DNA of 64,000 nt from an uncultured cyanobacterium (GTDB taxonomy: Bacteria > Cyanobacteriota > Cyanobacteriia > Cyanobacteriales > Nostocaceae), in assembly GCA_963740315.1 (NCBI GenBank), contig CAVUDP010000001.1:1-64000 (forward strand), written 5' to 3'. Below the pieces are notes generated by a model that did no database searches, was not told the DNA's origin, and saw only the letters and a program-made list of their open reading frames with translations. This document shows, piece after piece, positions 42,601-53,235 of this stretch. A program made the translations under genes and the position numbers. Each line of letters starts with the position of its first letter. The stretch's first letter is position 1.

Positions 42601-43188
42601 GGTCAAGGGATTATTCGAGCCGTTGTATTTAGCCCAGACGGTAATATAATCGCTTCGGCAGGTAAAGACAAAACGATTAAATTATGGAACAGGCAAGGTA
42701 GATTATTAAAAGTTTTAAAAGGTCATAACGACACTATTACAGCAATTGCATTTAGTCGAGATGGTAAAACAATTGCTTCTGCTAGTTTAGATAAAACTAT
42801 TAAACTTTGGAATCCGGAAGGTAAGTTAATTCAAACTTTGCAAGGACACAATACCGATGTTAGAGGAGTTGCGTTTCTTTCTACTCCTTCAAATTATATA
42901 ATTGCTTCGGCTGGTGGTGACAGCACTGTTAAATTGTGGAATACAAACGGAATAATCGCGACTTTGGAAGGGCATAGTGGTGCTGTATGGGATGTCGAAT
43001 TTACAAACGACGGCAAAACCCTTGTTTCTGGAAGCGAAGACAATACTTTGATGCTGTGGAATTTACCGCTAGTTATAGATAGCGATCGCGTACTTACCTA
43101 CGCTTGCAATTTAATCGGCGATTATTTGCAAAACAGTGCAGAAGTTACTCCTGAAGATAGGCATTTGTGTGACGGTAATAAGGATTGA
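39691..43188 (+). CDS. AAA-like ATPase - TM - WD40 repeat protein
   Basis: YVVRQAD, SRQMGKSS, IFIDEID; one TM; about 14 GH...FSPDG...IKLW repeats. Confidence 0.92.
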   Translation: MTSINDVNDLKTIDYQYQIGGSLGNDAACYVVRQADKELYLALSAGEFCYVLNSRQMGKSSIMVRTSHILRQEGYQCTTLDMSCIGSEQVTHTQWYKGVVAELWRGFHLYGKFNLKSWWREEEDISVLQRLSHFIEDVLLVQFPQDKIIIFIDEIDSILSLDFPVDDLFALIRFCYNQRTLNPEYHRLTFAIFGVATPSDLIADKNRTPFNIGKPIQLRGFNLEEAQPLVKGLEGKVSNPQAIFKQILAWTNGQPFLTQKLCKMVNSGEWICTEADDKSNVEIDRLVKTRIIHNWQSQDEPEHLRTIRDRILQQQKAGRLLGIYQQVLQGVAVEADISNEQTELFLSGLVIKENNYLKVKNRIYAEVFDLSWVANQLTLLRPYSQAFDAWIASNQTDSSRLMRGQALKDAKKWTQGKSLSDLDYQFLTASEEFDHQEAQQHLEAQRLKEVEARLKAESKSAKRLNSLLFVVSSALVIVSILAGTTYIAYRQSKLNEIKATATSSEALFALEKRLDALVQALRANKKIKELGIVDSQTKTEVKTVLRRAIFTAVEQNRITGIDTQVWDVAFSPDGKIIATANRDNTVQLWHRNGKEIATLKGHQGAIKSVNFSPDGRFLASTSRDATIKIWNRKGTLLKTLTGHQDVVLKAIFSPNRKTIASASQDKTIKIWSIDGELLRSFKAHENWIIDISFSPDGRTIASGSLDNTMKLWNIKGELLRTFKADKVVWTVDFSPDGKTIASGGADNTIKLWRVEDGKLINTLKSHLVGVWKVAFSPDGKTIASASWDKTIKLWNTDGVLLKTLKGHNGRIRGLAWSPDGNTIASSSEDKTIRFWNLNNALVKTIYGHTNAVIPVAVSSNGKMIASASDDGSVKLWSRNGKLIQTLKGYEQGVLGVAFSPNNQIIASAGNDTTIKLWTIAGKELHTLKGHLAPVWSVNFSPDGNTLISGSEDGTVKFWNIDGNLLKTINTGQGIIRAVVFSPDGNIIASAGKDKTIKLWNRQGRLLKVLKGHNDTITAIAFSRDGKTIASASLDKTIKLWNPEGKLIQTLQGHNTDVRGVAFLSTPSNYIIASAGGDSTVKLWNTNGIIATLEGHSGAVWDVEFTNDGKTLVSGSEDNTLMLWNLPLVIDSDRVLTYACNLIGDYLQNSAEVTPEDRHLCDGNKD

Positions 43189-43268
43189 AGCAACAACACA
43201 AATAAACAAATAGTTTTTATTAAACTTTCGATATACATTCATTAGCCTTAGCATAGCTACGATCGAAG

Positions 43269-44375
43269 ATGGAAGTTACTAAGGAAAATATTATGACTCG
43301 CATCGCATCCGTACCCGATTTTATCGAATCTCTGTTGGGCAACGAAGCCAAAGATTTGCTTACCTACAAAGCGAAAGTTTCTCAGGATATGCTACACCTA
43401 CCGTCTGCCGATTTTGTAGACAGAGTTTGGAGTCTGAGCGATCGCAATCCTCAAGTGTTGCGTAATCTGCAAGCGCTGTACTCTACGGGAAGATTAGCAA
43501 ATACGGGTTATCTGTCAATTTTACCCGTGGATCAAGGTATCGAACATTCAGCAGGGGCTTCCTTTGCACCAAACCCGATGTATTTCGATCCCGAAAATAT
43601 TGTTAAATTGGCGATCGAAGCCGGTTGTAATGCCGTCGCTTCAACCTTGGGAGTATTAGCGATCGTTTCCCGTAAATATGCTCATAAAATTCCTTTTATT
43701 GTGAAAATAAATCACAACGAATTATTGAGCGTTCCCAATGCCTACGACCAAATTATGTTCGGTGATGTAGAACAAGCTTGGAATTTAGGTGCTGCTGCTG
43801 TAGGTGCAACAATTTACTTTGGTTCGGAAAACTCCACAAGACAAATTCAGGAAGTTAGTAAAGCTTTCAAACGCGCTCACGAATTGGGAATGGTAACTAT
43901 CTTGTGGTGCTATTTGCGTAACAATGCTTTTAAGCAAGATAAAGATTATCATCTCTCCGCCGATTTATCATCTCAAGCAAATCATTTGGGGGTGACGATC
44001 GAAGCCGATATTATTAAACAAAAACTGCCCGAAAATAACAACGGATACGGTGCAGTTGCCAAAGCGATCGGTCAAAGTTACGGAAAAACTAATGAAAAAG
44101 TTTATACCGAATTAACCACAGACCACCCCATCGATTTAACTCGCTATCAAGTATTAAATTGTTACTGCGGGCGTGCGGGATTAATTAATTCCGGTGGTGC
44201 ATCTGGTAAAAATGATTTTGCCGAAGCTGTACGTACCGCGATCGTCAACAAACGCGCTGGTGGAACTGGGTTAATTTCCGGACGTAAAGCATTTCAACGT
44301 CCTTTTGAAGATGGTGTCAAATTATTCCACACCATTCAGGATGTTTACTTATCTAAAGATGTAACGATCGCTTAA
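43269..44375 (+). CDS. fbaB: Class I fructose-bisphosphate aldolase
   Basis: [27 protein letters not shown]; start may be 43293. Confidence 0.93.
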   Translation: MEVTKENIMTRIASVPDFIESLLGNEAKDLLTYKAKVSQDMLHLPSADFVDRVWSLSDRNPQVLRNLQALYSTGRLANTGYLSILPVDQGIEHSAGASFAPNPMYFDPENIVKLAIEAGCNAVASTLGVLAIVSRKYAHKIPFIVKINHNELLSVPNAYDQIMFGDVEQAWNLGAAAVGATIYFGSENSTRQIQEVSKAFKRAHELGMVTILWCYLRNNAFKQDKDYHLSADLSSQANHLGVTIEADIIKQKLPENNNGYGAVAKAIGQSYGKTNEKVYTELTTDHPIDLTRYQVLNCYCGRAGLINSGGASGKNDFAEAVRTAIVNKRAGGTGLISGRKAFQRPFEDGVKLFHTIQDVYLSKDVTIA

Positions 44376-44387
44376 GCGTTTTACATG

Positions 44388-44409
44388 AAGCCCCCTTTTT
44401 TAGGGGGTA
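44388..44409. terminator. Hairpin between convergent fbaB and kinase genes
   Basis: CCCCCT-TTTTT-AGGGGG stem-loop. Confidence 0.45.
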
Positions 44410-44421
44410 AAAAATCTTCAT

Positions 44422-46250
44422 CTAATTTTCCGCAGGTGCTGATTCGACTTTCTCCACTAACTCTGCTTTTCCCCCATCCAACTTAGGCAGACTTTTTTTA
44501 GTATTTTCAACAGCTTCCTGGAATAAAGGTTCAACTTTTTTACGCCAATAACTAATATCTGGTAAATTTTGCGGATTTTTTTGATAATCCTGGACTTTAT
44601 CCCATTTACGTTCAGAAATTGCCGTATTTACATCATTGAAGAAACCTTCGGCTTTAGTCCAATCTTTTTGCCATCGATCGATCATTTCTTGCCCTTCTTT
44701 GATGCGCTTGTCATTGGGAGCAAGAGCTTCTAAAATGGCGATCGCACCTTTTAAGTCTCCAGATTCGTATTTTTCTCTGGCTTCCTCTACAGAATCGTCT
44801 CGATTGGCGTTTTGGGTTGGCTTAATGTTTTCTTCGTTCTTTATAACTGGTGGCTCTTGTACCGGAGTTGCAATCAATCCGCTGTCTTCAACGGTTTTAA
44901 CAGCAATATTTTTATCTCGCAGACAAGTAACCCATTCTTCTCGATTTTTAATTACATCGGAGTGTGCCCAACCAGAATCGTCTCGATTGATTTTAAGCTC
45001 TACCCAACCAAGTTTTGTCCGCTTGCCAGTCACCTCAAGCCGAGTATCTTTAGCTACTGTTTTTACAATATTTTTTTCAGTAAAAGTACTTGGTTCAGAA
45101 CGCACGTTGGAATTAGCCGCAACTATCGCCGCACAGTTTCGGGTCGCAGCACCAGTAAAGTCATTTGCAAAGTTATTTACATTACTAACTATAGCGGGAG
45201 TCGCAGCAGCAGCACCGCCAACTAAACCTAATAAAATTAATATTTGCAAAAAGTCGGGACCTTTGGAGGCACGAGGAATCTGGTGCCCTACTGGTTGTGC
45301 TTGTGTCTCCTGACGGGGATGAGAAGGCGCAACAGCAATAGTTAATACGCGAGAATTTAGGGCAGAATGGGACGGATTTGATTGAGGTCGCAGTTGGGGG
45401 TATTGTTGAGGTTCAACATCCGCAAATAAATGCATTGCCTCTAGGGCTTCGCTGGCACTTTGGTAGCGCTCTTTAAAGTGATAGCGCACCATTCTATTCA
45501 ATACCTCAGCCAATTCGGGGCTTATAGATGCTGAATCTTCCCAGATTAATTCTCCCGTATGGGGGTCTTCCGGTAAATCCATTGGTCCGACTCCCGTCAG
45601 CGCCTGAATTGCAATAATTCCCAGAGAATAAAGATCGCTATTATGGCGGGGTTGCCTTGCCCTTGTTCTGTGGGCATATAGCCAGGAGTCCCAATTGCTA
45701 CGGTAGCAGAAGGGTTTTCCATGTTGTGCAGCGAACCCAAACCATAAGAAGCTCGTAATCTTTTGACAGCACCAAAATCAACTAAAACTAATTTACCGTC
45801 ACTGTAACGACGAATGATATTATCAGGTTTAATATCGCGGTGAATTACACCTTCGCTGTGAACAAATGCGAGAATGGAAAGAATCGAAAGCAACATTTGA
45901 GTTACTTGAGCTTCATTCCAACGTTCTCCAGGAACTAATTCATCAGTTAGAGGATGTCCTTCTATAAATTCTTGTACTAAATAAAAATTTTGATTTTCAA
46001 CAAAATAAGCTAATAATCTGGGTATTTGGTCATGATTACCCAATTTTTCCAAAGTTTCGGCTTCACTTTGGAATAAACGTTTCGCAGTTTCAAAAACTTT
46101 AGACTCGGTAGAAGTAGGTTTTAGATGTTTGACAACACAAATAGGATTGCCCGGTCTTTTGGTATCGCGAGCAATATAATTTTCACCAAACCCACCCGTT
46201 GCGAGGACTTTGATAACTTGATAACGATAGTCTAGTAGTTTTCCTATCAT
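44422..46250 (-). pseudogene. Ser/Thr protein kinase with TM and SH3-like domain, split by one frameshift
   Basis: GGFG, VVK, HRDIKPDN, DFG, GTPGYMPTE. Adding one base at 45648-45653 restores PRHNSDLYSLGII and joins ORF 44422-45582. May be a sequencing error. Confidence 0.85.
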
Positions 46251-46413
46251 ATTTCACTCCCCAGTGTTAACACCCAACGAATGCGGGACGTACTAAATAT
46301 CTCCATATATACTGTGACTATATCCGCTTTACTTGAAAAAACATTTGAGTAGAAATCGCAGTATATTAACGTCTACACATTGTTTATATTGATTTCAACA
46401 TTTTTTTATAACA

Positions 46414-46899
46414 ATGCCACCTAAAATAACAAACTCAGTAGCATGGCAGCAGGCAGAATTACTGATGCAACCAACATTTATTCGCGTTGTCGATAACGTT
46501 CGTAAGCTACTTGACAATTCTTCCTGGAAAGGAACTTATCATGACGTACTGATTTGGTCTGCTGCCACAAGCGATGAAACTAAAGCGATAGTTACTCGAC
46601 TGGTGCAAGGACTTGAAACTGCAACACCCGAACAAGCCGAGCAGATCCGAGAAACATTAGCCAAACTGCCAACGCCCCATCCAGGATATCATCTGTGCTT
46701 GCAGCGTCAAGAGCAGCAAGTAAATGTGGATTTATGGGAGCTATGCTACCGGGTATGTTTTGTTGAATACACTCTCAGTGATGATACAGTTGATATAGAT
46801 ACTAGTTTACTAGATGAAACTGGTAATGTGGAATGGAATTTGTTAGATATTAAGGCAAAGCTTGTTGTTGAGGAGATGTTTGCTAGTTTACCCGAATAG
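46414..46899 (+). CDS. Conserved cyanobacterial hypothetical protein
   Basis: 161-aa ORF with AWQQAELLMQP...VDLWELCY pattern. Confidence 0.75.
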   Translation: MPPKITNSVAWQQAELLMQPTFIRVVDNVRKLLDNSSWKGTYHDVLIWSAATSDETKAIVTRLVQGLETATPEQAEQIRETLAKLPTPHPGYHLCLQRQEQQVNVDLWELCYRVCFVEYTLSDDTVDIDTSLLDETGNVEWNLLDIKAKLVVEEMFASLPE

Positions 46900-46954
46900 G
46901 GCCGAAGGGCATTGCACTATAAACACCTATACAATTTGCCAGTTTTTTACAGCT

Positions 46955-47062
46955 TTGTTCCCAGTCTCCGGCTGGGAATGTATTTCTGAAGGCAGAGCCT
47001 TCTTTATGTATCGGAGGCAGAGCCTCCTCCATCGGCATTCCCAGCCGGAGACTGGGAACGAG
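46955..47062. repeat. Long palindromic REP/MITE-like element
   Basis: GTTCCCAGTCTCCGGCTGGGAATG...CATTCCCAGCCGGAGACTGGGAAC with two GGCAGAGCCT hairpins. Confidence 0.85.
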
Positions 47063-47688
47063 AAAAAACGATATTTATTGAAAATTATCTCAGCCGATCG
47101 CTGAAAATTATAGAATCTCTTGTAATTTTGTATTTTATAAATATCTACTTATAAATAGTTTTTTTTTATGAAATGCATAACTTTTAAGATTCACAAATCC
47201 GCTTTTTTGAAAAAATTTATATCAACAAACGCAAACAAACCAGGTTTTATAAAAGTCGAAAGTTGATTTTTTGGTTTAGCGATCGCGCATATTTCCAAAT
47301 TATCGCTTTCGGTGCAAAATATGACTTACATTCATTTGATTTATATCTCAAATCTTGCCCCAGTTTTAGAAACCCGGTTTCTTGTCGTGAAAGCGTGAAT
47401 ATCTCTGAAATTAGAAAGAAAACGGGTTTCTTTAGACTTAATGTAAGTTATGTATAACCTCTTCACCAGAACATTTAATTAGATAAAAAACATATCTCAA
47501 GTATTTCTTTAGAGTTAGTAACTGGCGTTAAATCTCCAACCTCCGACTGAAAAACGATCTAGTAATGTCTCCCTAAAGCAGCTGGGAATCCTAAATTGCA
47601 ATTGTTAAATTGATATAGTCCGAGGAACTGCAAATTTTATATTAATATTGATTGGGCAGTTTAAATATTAAATACTGAGGAAAATATT

Positions 47689-48837
47689 ATGAATGAGAAT
47701 AAGCAACCTTTAGACAATCAAGACGAAAATAAGGATTTAAGTCAAGAAGAACAAGAACAACAAGAATCTAGTTCCGGTGGTTCTGGTATTGGTGCAGCAG
47801 TTGCTGGAGCTGCGATTGGTGGTATCTTAGGTGCTAGAAAAGGAATTCTTGGTGCGGTAGCGGGTGCAGCAGCCGGTGCTATGGCTGGTAAAGGTACATC
47901 TGAAGCTGTTGATAAAACTGTAGATGGTGTTGTTGGTGCCGCTCAGACAGTTGCTGATAGTGCAAGTAATACTATCAATACTGTAGGTAATGTGGTAGAA
48001 GATACAGCCGAGGAAGTCAAGCCTTCTATCAAAGGTGTGGTAGATGAAGTTAAGGATACAGTTGAGCAAGCTAAGCCTTCTGTCAAAGGTGTGGTAGATG
48101 AAGTTAAGGATACAGTTGAGCAAGCTAAGCCTTCTGTAGTTGATACCGCTAAAGCTGTGAAGGATACCGTTCAAGAGTCTAAGCCTGCTGTAGTTGATAC
48201 AGTTAAAGCTGTATCGGAAGAAGCGAAACCTGCCGTTAAGAATATTTCTAACTCGGTACAAAGCACGATTGAAGAAACCAAGCCTGCTATCAAGAGCGCT
48301 GCAAACTCCTTGAAAGGTGCAGCAGAAGAAGCAAAACCTGCGATGAGAAGCGTATCGAACTCGGTTAAAGATGCCGTTGAGGAAGTTAAGCCAGCTGTAA
48401 AAGATGCTGCAAGCTCCGTTAAGGGCGCGGTAAATGAAGTCAAAGAAGATGTTAAGCCAGCTGTAAAAGACGCTGCAAACTCTGTTAAGGGTGCAGTTGA
48501 TGATGCTAAATCCACTGCAAAAGATGCTGCTGACTCTGCGAAGAAAGCGGGACAGGATTTAAAGTCTTCTGCCAACAAAGCAGGTGAAGAGCTAAAGTCT
48601 TCTGCAAAAGATGCTGCTGATTCTGCTAAGAGAGCAGGTGAAGATGTTAAATCTTCTGCGAAAGACGCTGTTGATTCTGCGAAAAAAGCAGGTGAAGATG
48701 TCAAGTCTTCTGCAAATGATGCTGCAAAGTCGGTTAAGAATGCAGCTAAAGATAACAACTCTCCTTCAGTAGATAATAAGTTACATGGTACGGAAGTTGC
48801 AGAAGTAGAAATTAAGGACAAGAGAACTAATATCTAA
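47689..48837 (+). CDS. LEA-like repeat protein with glycine zipper
   Basis: GAAVAGAAIGG zipper followed by 18/22-aa Ala/Lys/Asp repeats; near-exact 54-bp duplication at ~48020-48140. Confidence 0.8.
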   Translation: MNENKQPLDNQDENKDLSQEEQEQQESSSGGSGIGAAVAGAAIGGILGARKGILGAVAGAAAGAMAGKGTSEAVDKTVDGVVGAAQTVADSASNTINTVGNVVEDTAEEVKPSIKGVVDEVKDTVEQAKPSVKGVVDEVKDTVEQAKPSVVDTAKAVKDTVQESKPAVVDTVKAVSEEAKPAVKNISNSVQSTIEETKPAIKSAANSLKGAAEEAKPAMRSVSNSVKDAVEEVKPAVKDAASSVKGAVNEVKEDVKPAVKDAANSVKGAVDDAKSTAKDAADSAKKAGQDLKSSANKAGEELKSSAKDAADSAKRAGEDVKSSAKDAVDSAKKAGEDVKSSANDAAKSVKNAAKDNNSPSVDNKLHGTEVAEVEIKDKRTNI

Positions 48838-49013
48838 TAGTATTTACTGCTTTTATCAGCGTAAAAGCGAAAAATCAGATCCCCCCAACCCCCCTTAAGA
48901 AAGGGGGGCTTTTTATTTTATACAGATAAAGATTTCTTAGCCTTGAAAATCAATTATTCTAAAAGAAATCCAAAACAAACAAAACGCATCCGTTGTTAAA
49001 ATCCAAAATTATT

Positions 49014-50000
49014 ATGTCCGCATCAGCTATTGAAGTATTACAAACAAAAGCCGCAGTCTACGATCGCAGCCACTGGGGACGGATCGAAGTTTCAGATGGC
49101 GATCGTTTGCGTTTTTTGCACAATCAAAGTACAAATGATTTTGAAAAACTTAAGCCGGGGCAAGGATGCGATACAGTTTTCGTCACTTCTACGGCTCGCA
49201 CTATCGATCTAGCAAGTGCCTACGTGACTGAAGATGCAGTGTTGTTGCTGGTTTCTCCCAATCGTCGCGAGTATCTGATGCAGTGGTTGGATAAATATAT
49301 TTTCTTTGCTGATAAGGTACAGTTAACCGATATCACTGAGCAAACCGCAACCTTTAGCATCATAGGTTCTCAAAGCGACGCAATTGTCGAAAAAATGGGC
49401 GCTTCCGAAATTATTGGTAAACCATTAGGTAGCCATATTCCTATCCCCAATTTCAACGGAGATACAAAAAATATTATCGCCGTCGGTAGCGGTTTAGCTT
49501 CACCGGGATATACCTTAATTTTGAATGCAAATAATAAACAAGCAATTTGGCAAAAAATCGTTGAAGCTGGCGCGGTAGAAATCAAAGATAATGATTGGGA
49601 GATGTTACGAATATTACAAGGAAGACCGCAACCAGAAAGCGAACTAACCGATGATTACAATCCTTTAGAAGTTGGCTTATGGCAAACAGTTTCTTTTGAA
49701 AAAGGCTGTTACATAGGACAAGAAACCATCGCCAGATTAAATACTTACAGAGGTGTAAAACAGAACCTTTGGGGAATACATTTAAACGCAGCAGTTGAAC
49801 CGGGAACGGTAATTACAGCAGGAGATGAAAAAGTAGGAAAACTTACTAGCTGTACCCAAGAAGGCGATCGCTATTTTGGATTAGGCTACATTCGCACAAA
49901 AGCCGGTGGAGTTGGTTTAAAAGTGAAAGTAGGAGAAAGCATTGGAGAAGTCGTATCAATCCCATTTGTTTCTCATGAATACCCAAACAGTGAACAGTGA
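49014..50000 (+). CDS. ygfZ: Folate-binding YgfZ/GcvT family protein
   Basis: KGCYIGQE signature, DRLRFLHNQST. Confidence 0.92.
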   Translation: MSASAIEVLQTKAAVYDRSHWGRIEVSDGDRLRFLHNQSTNDFEKLKPGQGCDTVFVTSTARTIDLASAYVTEDAVLLLVSPNRREYLMQWLDKYIFFADKVQLTDITEQTATFSIIGSQSDAIVEKMGASEIIGKPLGSHIPIPNFNGDTKNIIAVGSGLASPGYTLILNANNKQAIWQKIVEAGAVEIKDNDWEMLRILQGRPQPESELTDDYNPLEVGLWQTVSFEKGCYIGQETIARLNTYRGVKQNLWGIHLNAAVEPGTVITAGDEKVGKLTSCTQEGDRYFGLGYIRTKAGGVGLKVKVGESIGEVVSIPFVSHEYPNSEQ

Positions 50001-50119
50001 ACAGTTACCAGTTACCAGTTAGCAGATGAAGAAAGCGGAGGGAGCAATTTCAAATTTTTTAATATCCTCTGCCTCCTCTGCCTCCTCTGCCCATCTCCCC
50101 CCTCTCCCCCATTCCTCAA

Positions 50120-50848
50120 CTAAAAGGTAATAAAAATAGCTTCCTCCTTATCCCAACCAGTACCTTGACAAAATTCATCGATCCAAGAAGCAAGATTTGA
50201 TTTCTTTTTTGATGTTGTTACTTTTTCGGTTTCTTCTGGCGATTTGACAATTTTTCCTTCTTTTGGTTCATCGCACATAGTAAGTAAAGATAAGATTTGT
50301 TGTTCGCTTTCTAATTGCGCGATCGCGGTTTCTTCTGAAATTAATTGAGGTGAGTTTTCTTTAATTAATTCCGAAAAAGTTTTAAATTCTCTTTCTATTG
50401 ATTCTGATGCTGACGTTATTCTTTGTGCAAGAGGAAAATCTAGTTTAGTAATAGTTGAAACTGATGGTGCGGGTTCGTTATTACCGTCTATTTTATCTCT
50501 ATTAAATGTATCGGAAGTCGCTTTATCCCTTTTAACATTGCGATCGACTTGATTTGCAGGCTCGTCTAAATCTTTAATTAAGTGTAATTGCTTGTCGGGA
50601 TTAAAATTAAGACCTAATGCAGCAATAATCTCATCGGGATTGTTATTTAATTCAAGAATAAAGGGAAAAATCTCATCTAGTTTCGGTTCTAAAACAGATA
50701 AAGTTGCTAAAATAAAACCGCTTGAAGGGCGACGATAACCATCATAAGTTCCCCAAATTCGCATTTTTGCCAACCAGGAACGATTTTGATGGTAGTATTT
50801 CACCCATTTTATTTTCAAAGATTCGCGCAGTTGCTGAATATTCATCAT
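50120..50848 (-). CDS. Cyanobacterial DUF5331-like protein
   Basis: LRESLKIKW..YY.QNRSW, RRPSSGFILATL, LGLNFNP. Confidence 0.7.
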   Translation of the reverse strand: MMNIQQLRESLKIKWVKYYHQNRSWLAKMRIWGTYDGYRRPSSGFILATLSVLEPKLDEIFPFILELNNNPDEIIAALGLNFNPDKQLHLIKDLDEPANQVDRNVKRDKATSDTFNRDKIDGNNEPAPSVSTITKLDFPLAQRITSASESIEREFKTFSELIKENSPQLISEETAIAQLESEQQILSLLTMCDEPKEGKIVKSPEETEKVTTSKKKSNLASWIDEFCQGTGWDKEEAIFITF

Positions 50849-50876
50849 CTATATGCGGACTTTTATAAGCCAAAAA

Positions 50877-51161
50877 TTAACTTTTAACCTGGGAATGAAA
50901 TTTATGGTAAAGCATTTGTTTGACTTTGTTACCACCTAACAAATGTTGTTCTACCACCATTTTGACGAATGATGGACGAACGTTACTATACCAAACCTTT
51001 TCTGGCAAGATTAGTACCATCGGACCATTACCACATTGTCCCAGACAACTGCTACTTATTACCGTTACTTCAGGAACAGGATTCGCTTCAAAAGCTGCTA
51101 ATACTTTAACAGCACCTTGTTTTTTACAAGTACGATTTTGGCAAACTTGAACAGATTTCAT
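50877..51161 (-). CDS. Thioredoxin-like (2Fe-2S) ferredoxin
   Basis: CQNRTC...CLGQCGNGP, four Cys. Confidence 0.88.
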   Translation of the reverse strand: MKSVQVCQNRTCKKQGAVKVLAAFEANPVPEVTVISSSCLGQCGNGPMVLILPEKVWYSNVRPSFVKMVVEQHLLGGNKVKQMLYHKFHSQVKS

Positions 51162-51267
51162 GTTAGTTGATAATAGGTAATAGGTAATTGGTATTTGTTA
51201 TCAATAATTTGTATATCTAAATTGTTACATTTTTAATTCCTAACTCTCAACTTCTAACTTCTAACTC

Positions 51268-52242
51268 TTAACTTATTTCTAATCCTTTTGATTTTAACCA
51301 TTCGGGGTTAAATATACGGGATTGATAACGAGAACCGCTATCGCATAATATTGTCACAATAGTATGTCCGGGTCCCATTTGTTTAGCCAGTGCGATCGCT
51401 GCTCCAACATTGATTCCTGTCGAACCACCCATTAATAAGCCTTCTTTCCGTAGCAATTGATAAACTACCCGCAAAGCTTCTTTGTCATCAACTTGGATGG
51501 CATCATCAATGGGTACGTTTTCCATATTGGCAGTAATGCGGCTGTTTCCAATGCCTTCGGTAATGGAACTACCTTCTGTATTAATTTCGCCGGTTTTAAT
51601 ATAGCTGTAAAGCCCGCTACCTAATGGATCTGCGACAACGCATTTGATATCGGGATTTTTTTCTTTAAGAAACATTGATGCACCTGCGAAAGTACCACCC
51701 GTGCCGGTTGCAGCTACCCAACCATCAACTTTACCATCGGTTTGCGTCCAAATTTCGGGTCCGGTGGTTTCGTAATGGGCTTGACGGTTTGCCAAGTTAT
51801 CAAATTGATTTGCCCAAATCGCGTTTTCCATTTCGGACGCGACTCGACCAGATAATTTTACATAATTGTTGGGGTCTTTGTAAGGTACTGCCGGAACCGG
51901 ACGAACTTCCGCACCCAATGCCCTGAGTGCGTCCATTTTTTCCTGCGATTGGGTTTCGGGAATAATAATTAAACATTTGTAACCTTTGGCATTGCAGATA
52001 TGTGCTAAACCAATACCCGTATTACCCGCAGTTCCTTCGACAACGGTACCACCGGGTTTGAGTAAACCTTTTGCTTCCGCATCTTCAATAATATATAGTG
52101 CCGCTCTATCCTTAACGGAACCACCGGGATTGAGAAATTCCGCTTTACCTAAGATTTCGCATCCCGTTTCTTCACTGAAGCTTTTTAGTCTAATTAACGG
52201 TGTATTTCCGACGGTACCGACAAAGCCGTTTTTGATATCCAT
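51268..52242 (-). CDS. cysK: Cysteine synthase A
   Basis: GNTPLI, NPGGSVKDR, TAGNTG, GTGGT; ATG at 52242 preferred. Confidence 0.92.
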   Translation of the reverse strand: MDIKNGFVGTVGNTPLIRLKSFSEETGCEILGKAEFLNPGGSVKDRAALYIIEDAEAKGLLKPGGTVVEGTAGNTGIGLAHICNAKGYKCLIIIPETQSQEKMDALRALGAEVRPVPAVPYKDPNNYVKLSGRVASEMENAIWANQFDNLANRQAHYETTGPEIWTQTDGKVDGWVAATGTGGTFAGASMFLKEKNPDIKCVVADPLGSGLYSYIKTGEINTEGSSITEGIGNSRITANMENVPIDDAIQVDDKEALRVVYQLLRKEGLLMGGSTGINVGAAIALAKQMGPGHTIVTILCDSGSRYQSRIFNPEWLKSKGLEIS

Positions 52243-52412
52243 GTTCAATTTACCAATTTTCTTCTTCACTATAAGAATTTTGGCTTATTACGGTACAAAT
52301 ATTAAGTTTTTTATCGATAATTATTGGTTTTGATTTATATGTAGACTTAAATTTTCCATTCCGATTCTGGAATATCTGCACCTAGTAGTCTGTTTCAAAA
52401 AAAATGCTGGGT

Positions 52413-52553
52413 TAGGGGGAGAGGGGGAAGAGGGGGAAGAGGGGGAAGAGGGGGAAGAGGGGGAGAGGGGGGAGAGGGGGAAGAGGGGGGAGAAAATCAA
52501 CTCCTAACTGGTAACTGGTAACTGGTAACTGGTAACTGCTCACTGCTCACTGA
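52413..52553. repeat. Short tandem repeats (GGGGGAAGA, TAACTGG, CTCACTG)
   Basis: Visible tandem arrays; similar purine array at 28748-28818. Confidence 0.85.
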
Positions 52554-52554
52554 T

Positions 52555-53133
52555 TTACCAAAGCTTACTCATATTCAAAACAAAACCCGGTAATACATCT
52601 TCACCGCTAACAGAATCGGGATTTTCCAAACATTCCACCGACTGCGGACGATAAACGTAAACTATGCGATTTTTGCGGTCAATTAACCAGCCTAACTGAA
52701 ATCCAGGCTCCTGCATATATTCTTGCATTTTTTCCTGCAACGGTTTAAGATTGTCGCTTCTTGACCTTAATTCAATTACAAAATCGGGACAAATAGGAGC
52801 AAATTTTTGTTGTTCTTCCTGTAATAAACTATTCCAGCGCGATAATTTTATCCAAGAAACATCGGGAGAGCGATCGGCACCAGTAGAAAGTTTAAATCCC
52901 GTACTCGAATCAAAGCAAATACCCGTACCATCTTTTTCCGACCAGTTTCCAAGTTGTCCAGCTATATTAAAATTACGGTTTCCATGTTCCGAACCCGTAG
53001 GTGGCATAATAGATATTTCTCCATATTTATTTCTTTCAATGCGTAAATCGCGATTCATCTGACAGAATTCAAAAAATTGTTCGTCTGTCATTGATGAAGG
53101 AAATTGCAAAAGTAAAGGAGATGAAAGCATCAT
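52555..53133 (-). CDS. Uma2 family endonuclease (DUF820)
   Basis: DSSTGF, RSPDVSW, CPDFVIELRS, LGWLID. Confidence 0.92.
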   Translation of the reverse strand: MMLSSPLLLQFPSSMTDEQFFEFCQMNRDLRIERNKYGEISIMPPTGSEHGNRNFNIAGQLGNWSEKDGTGICFDSSTGFKLSTGADRSPDVSWIKLSRWNSLLQEEQQKFAPICPDFVIELRSRSDNLKPLQEKMQEYMQEPGFQLGWLIDRKNRIVYVYRPQSVECLENPDSVSGEDVLPGFVLNMSKLW

Positions 53134-53235
53134 ATTTATTTACCTGGACTTATATTTCCTATTTTGAACCAGAATTTTGATCGAGGGGAATAGGGGATTC
53201 CCATAAATAAATTTATTTAAAAATAATTTGTTAAA

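Noticed and set aside
44636..48821. Long antisense ORFs (44636-45313, 47827-48261, 48171-48821)
   Set aside because: Opposite-strand shadows of real genes with biased codons.
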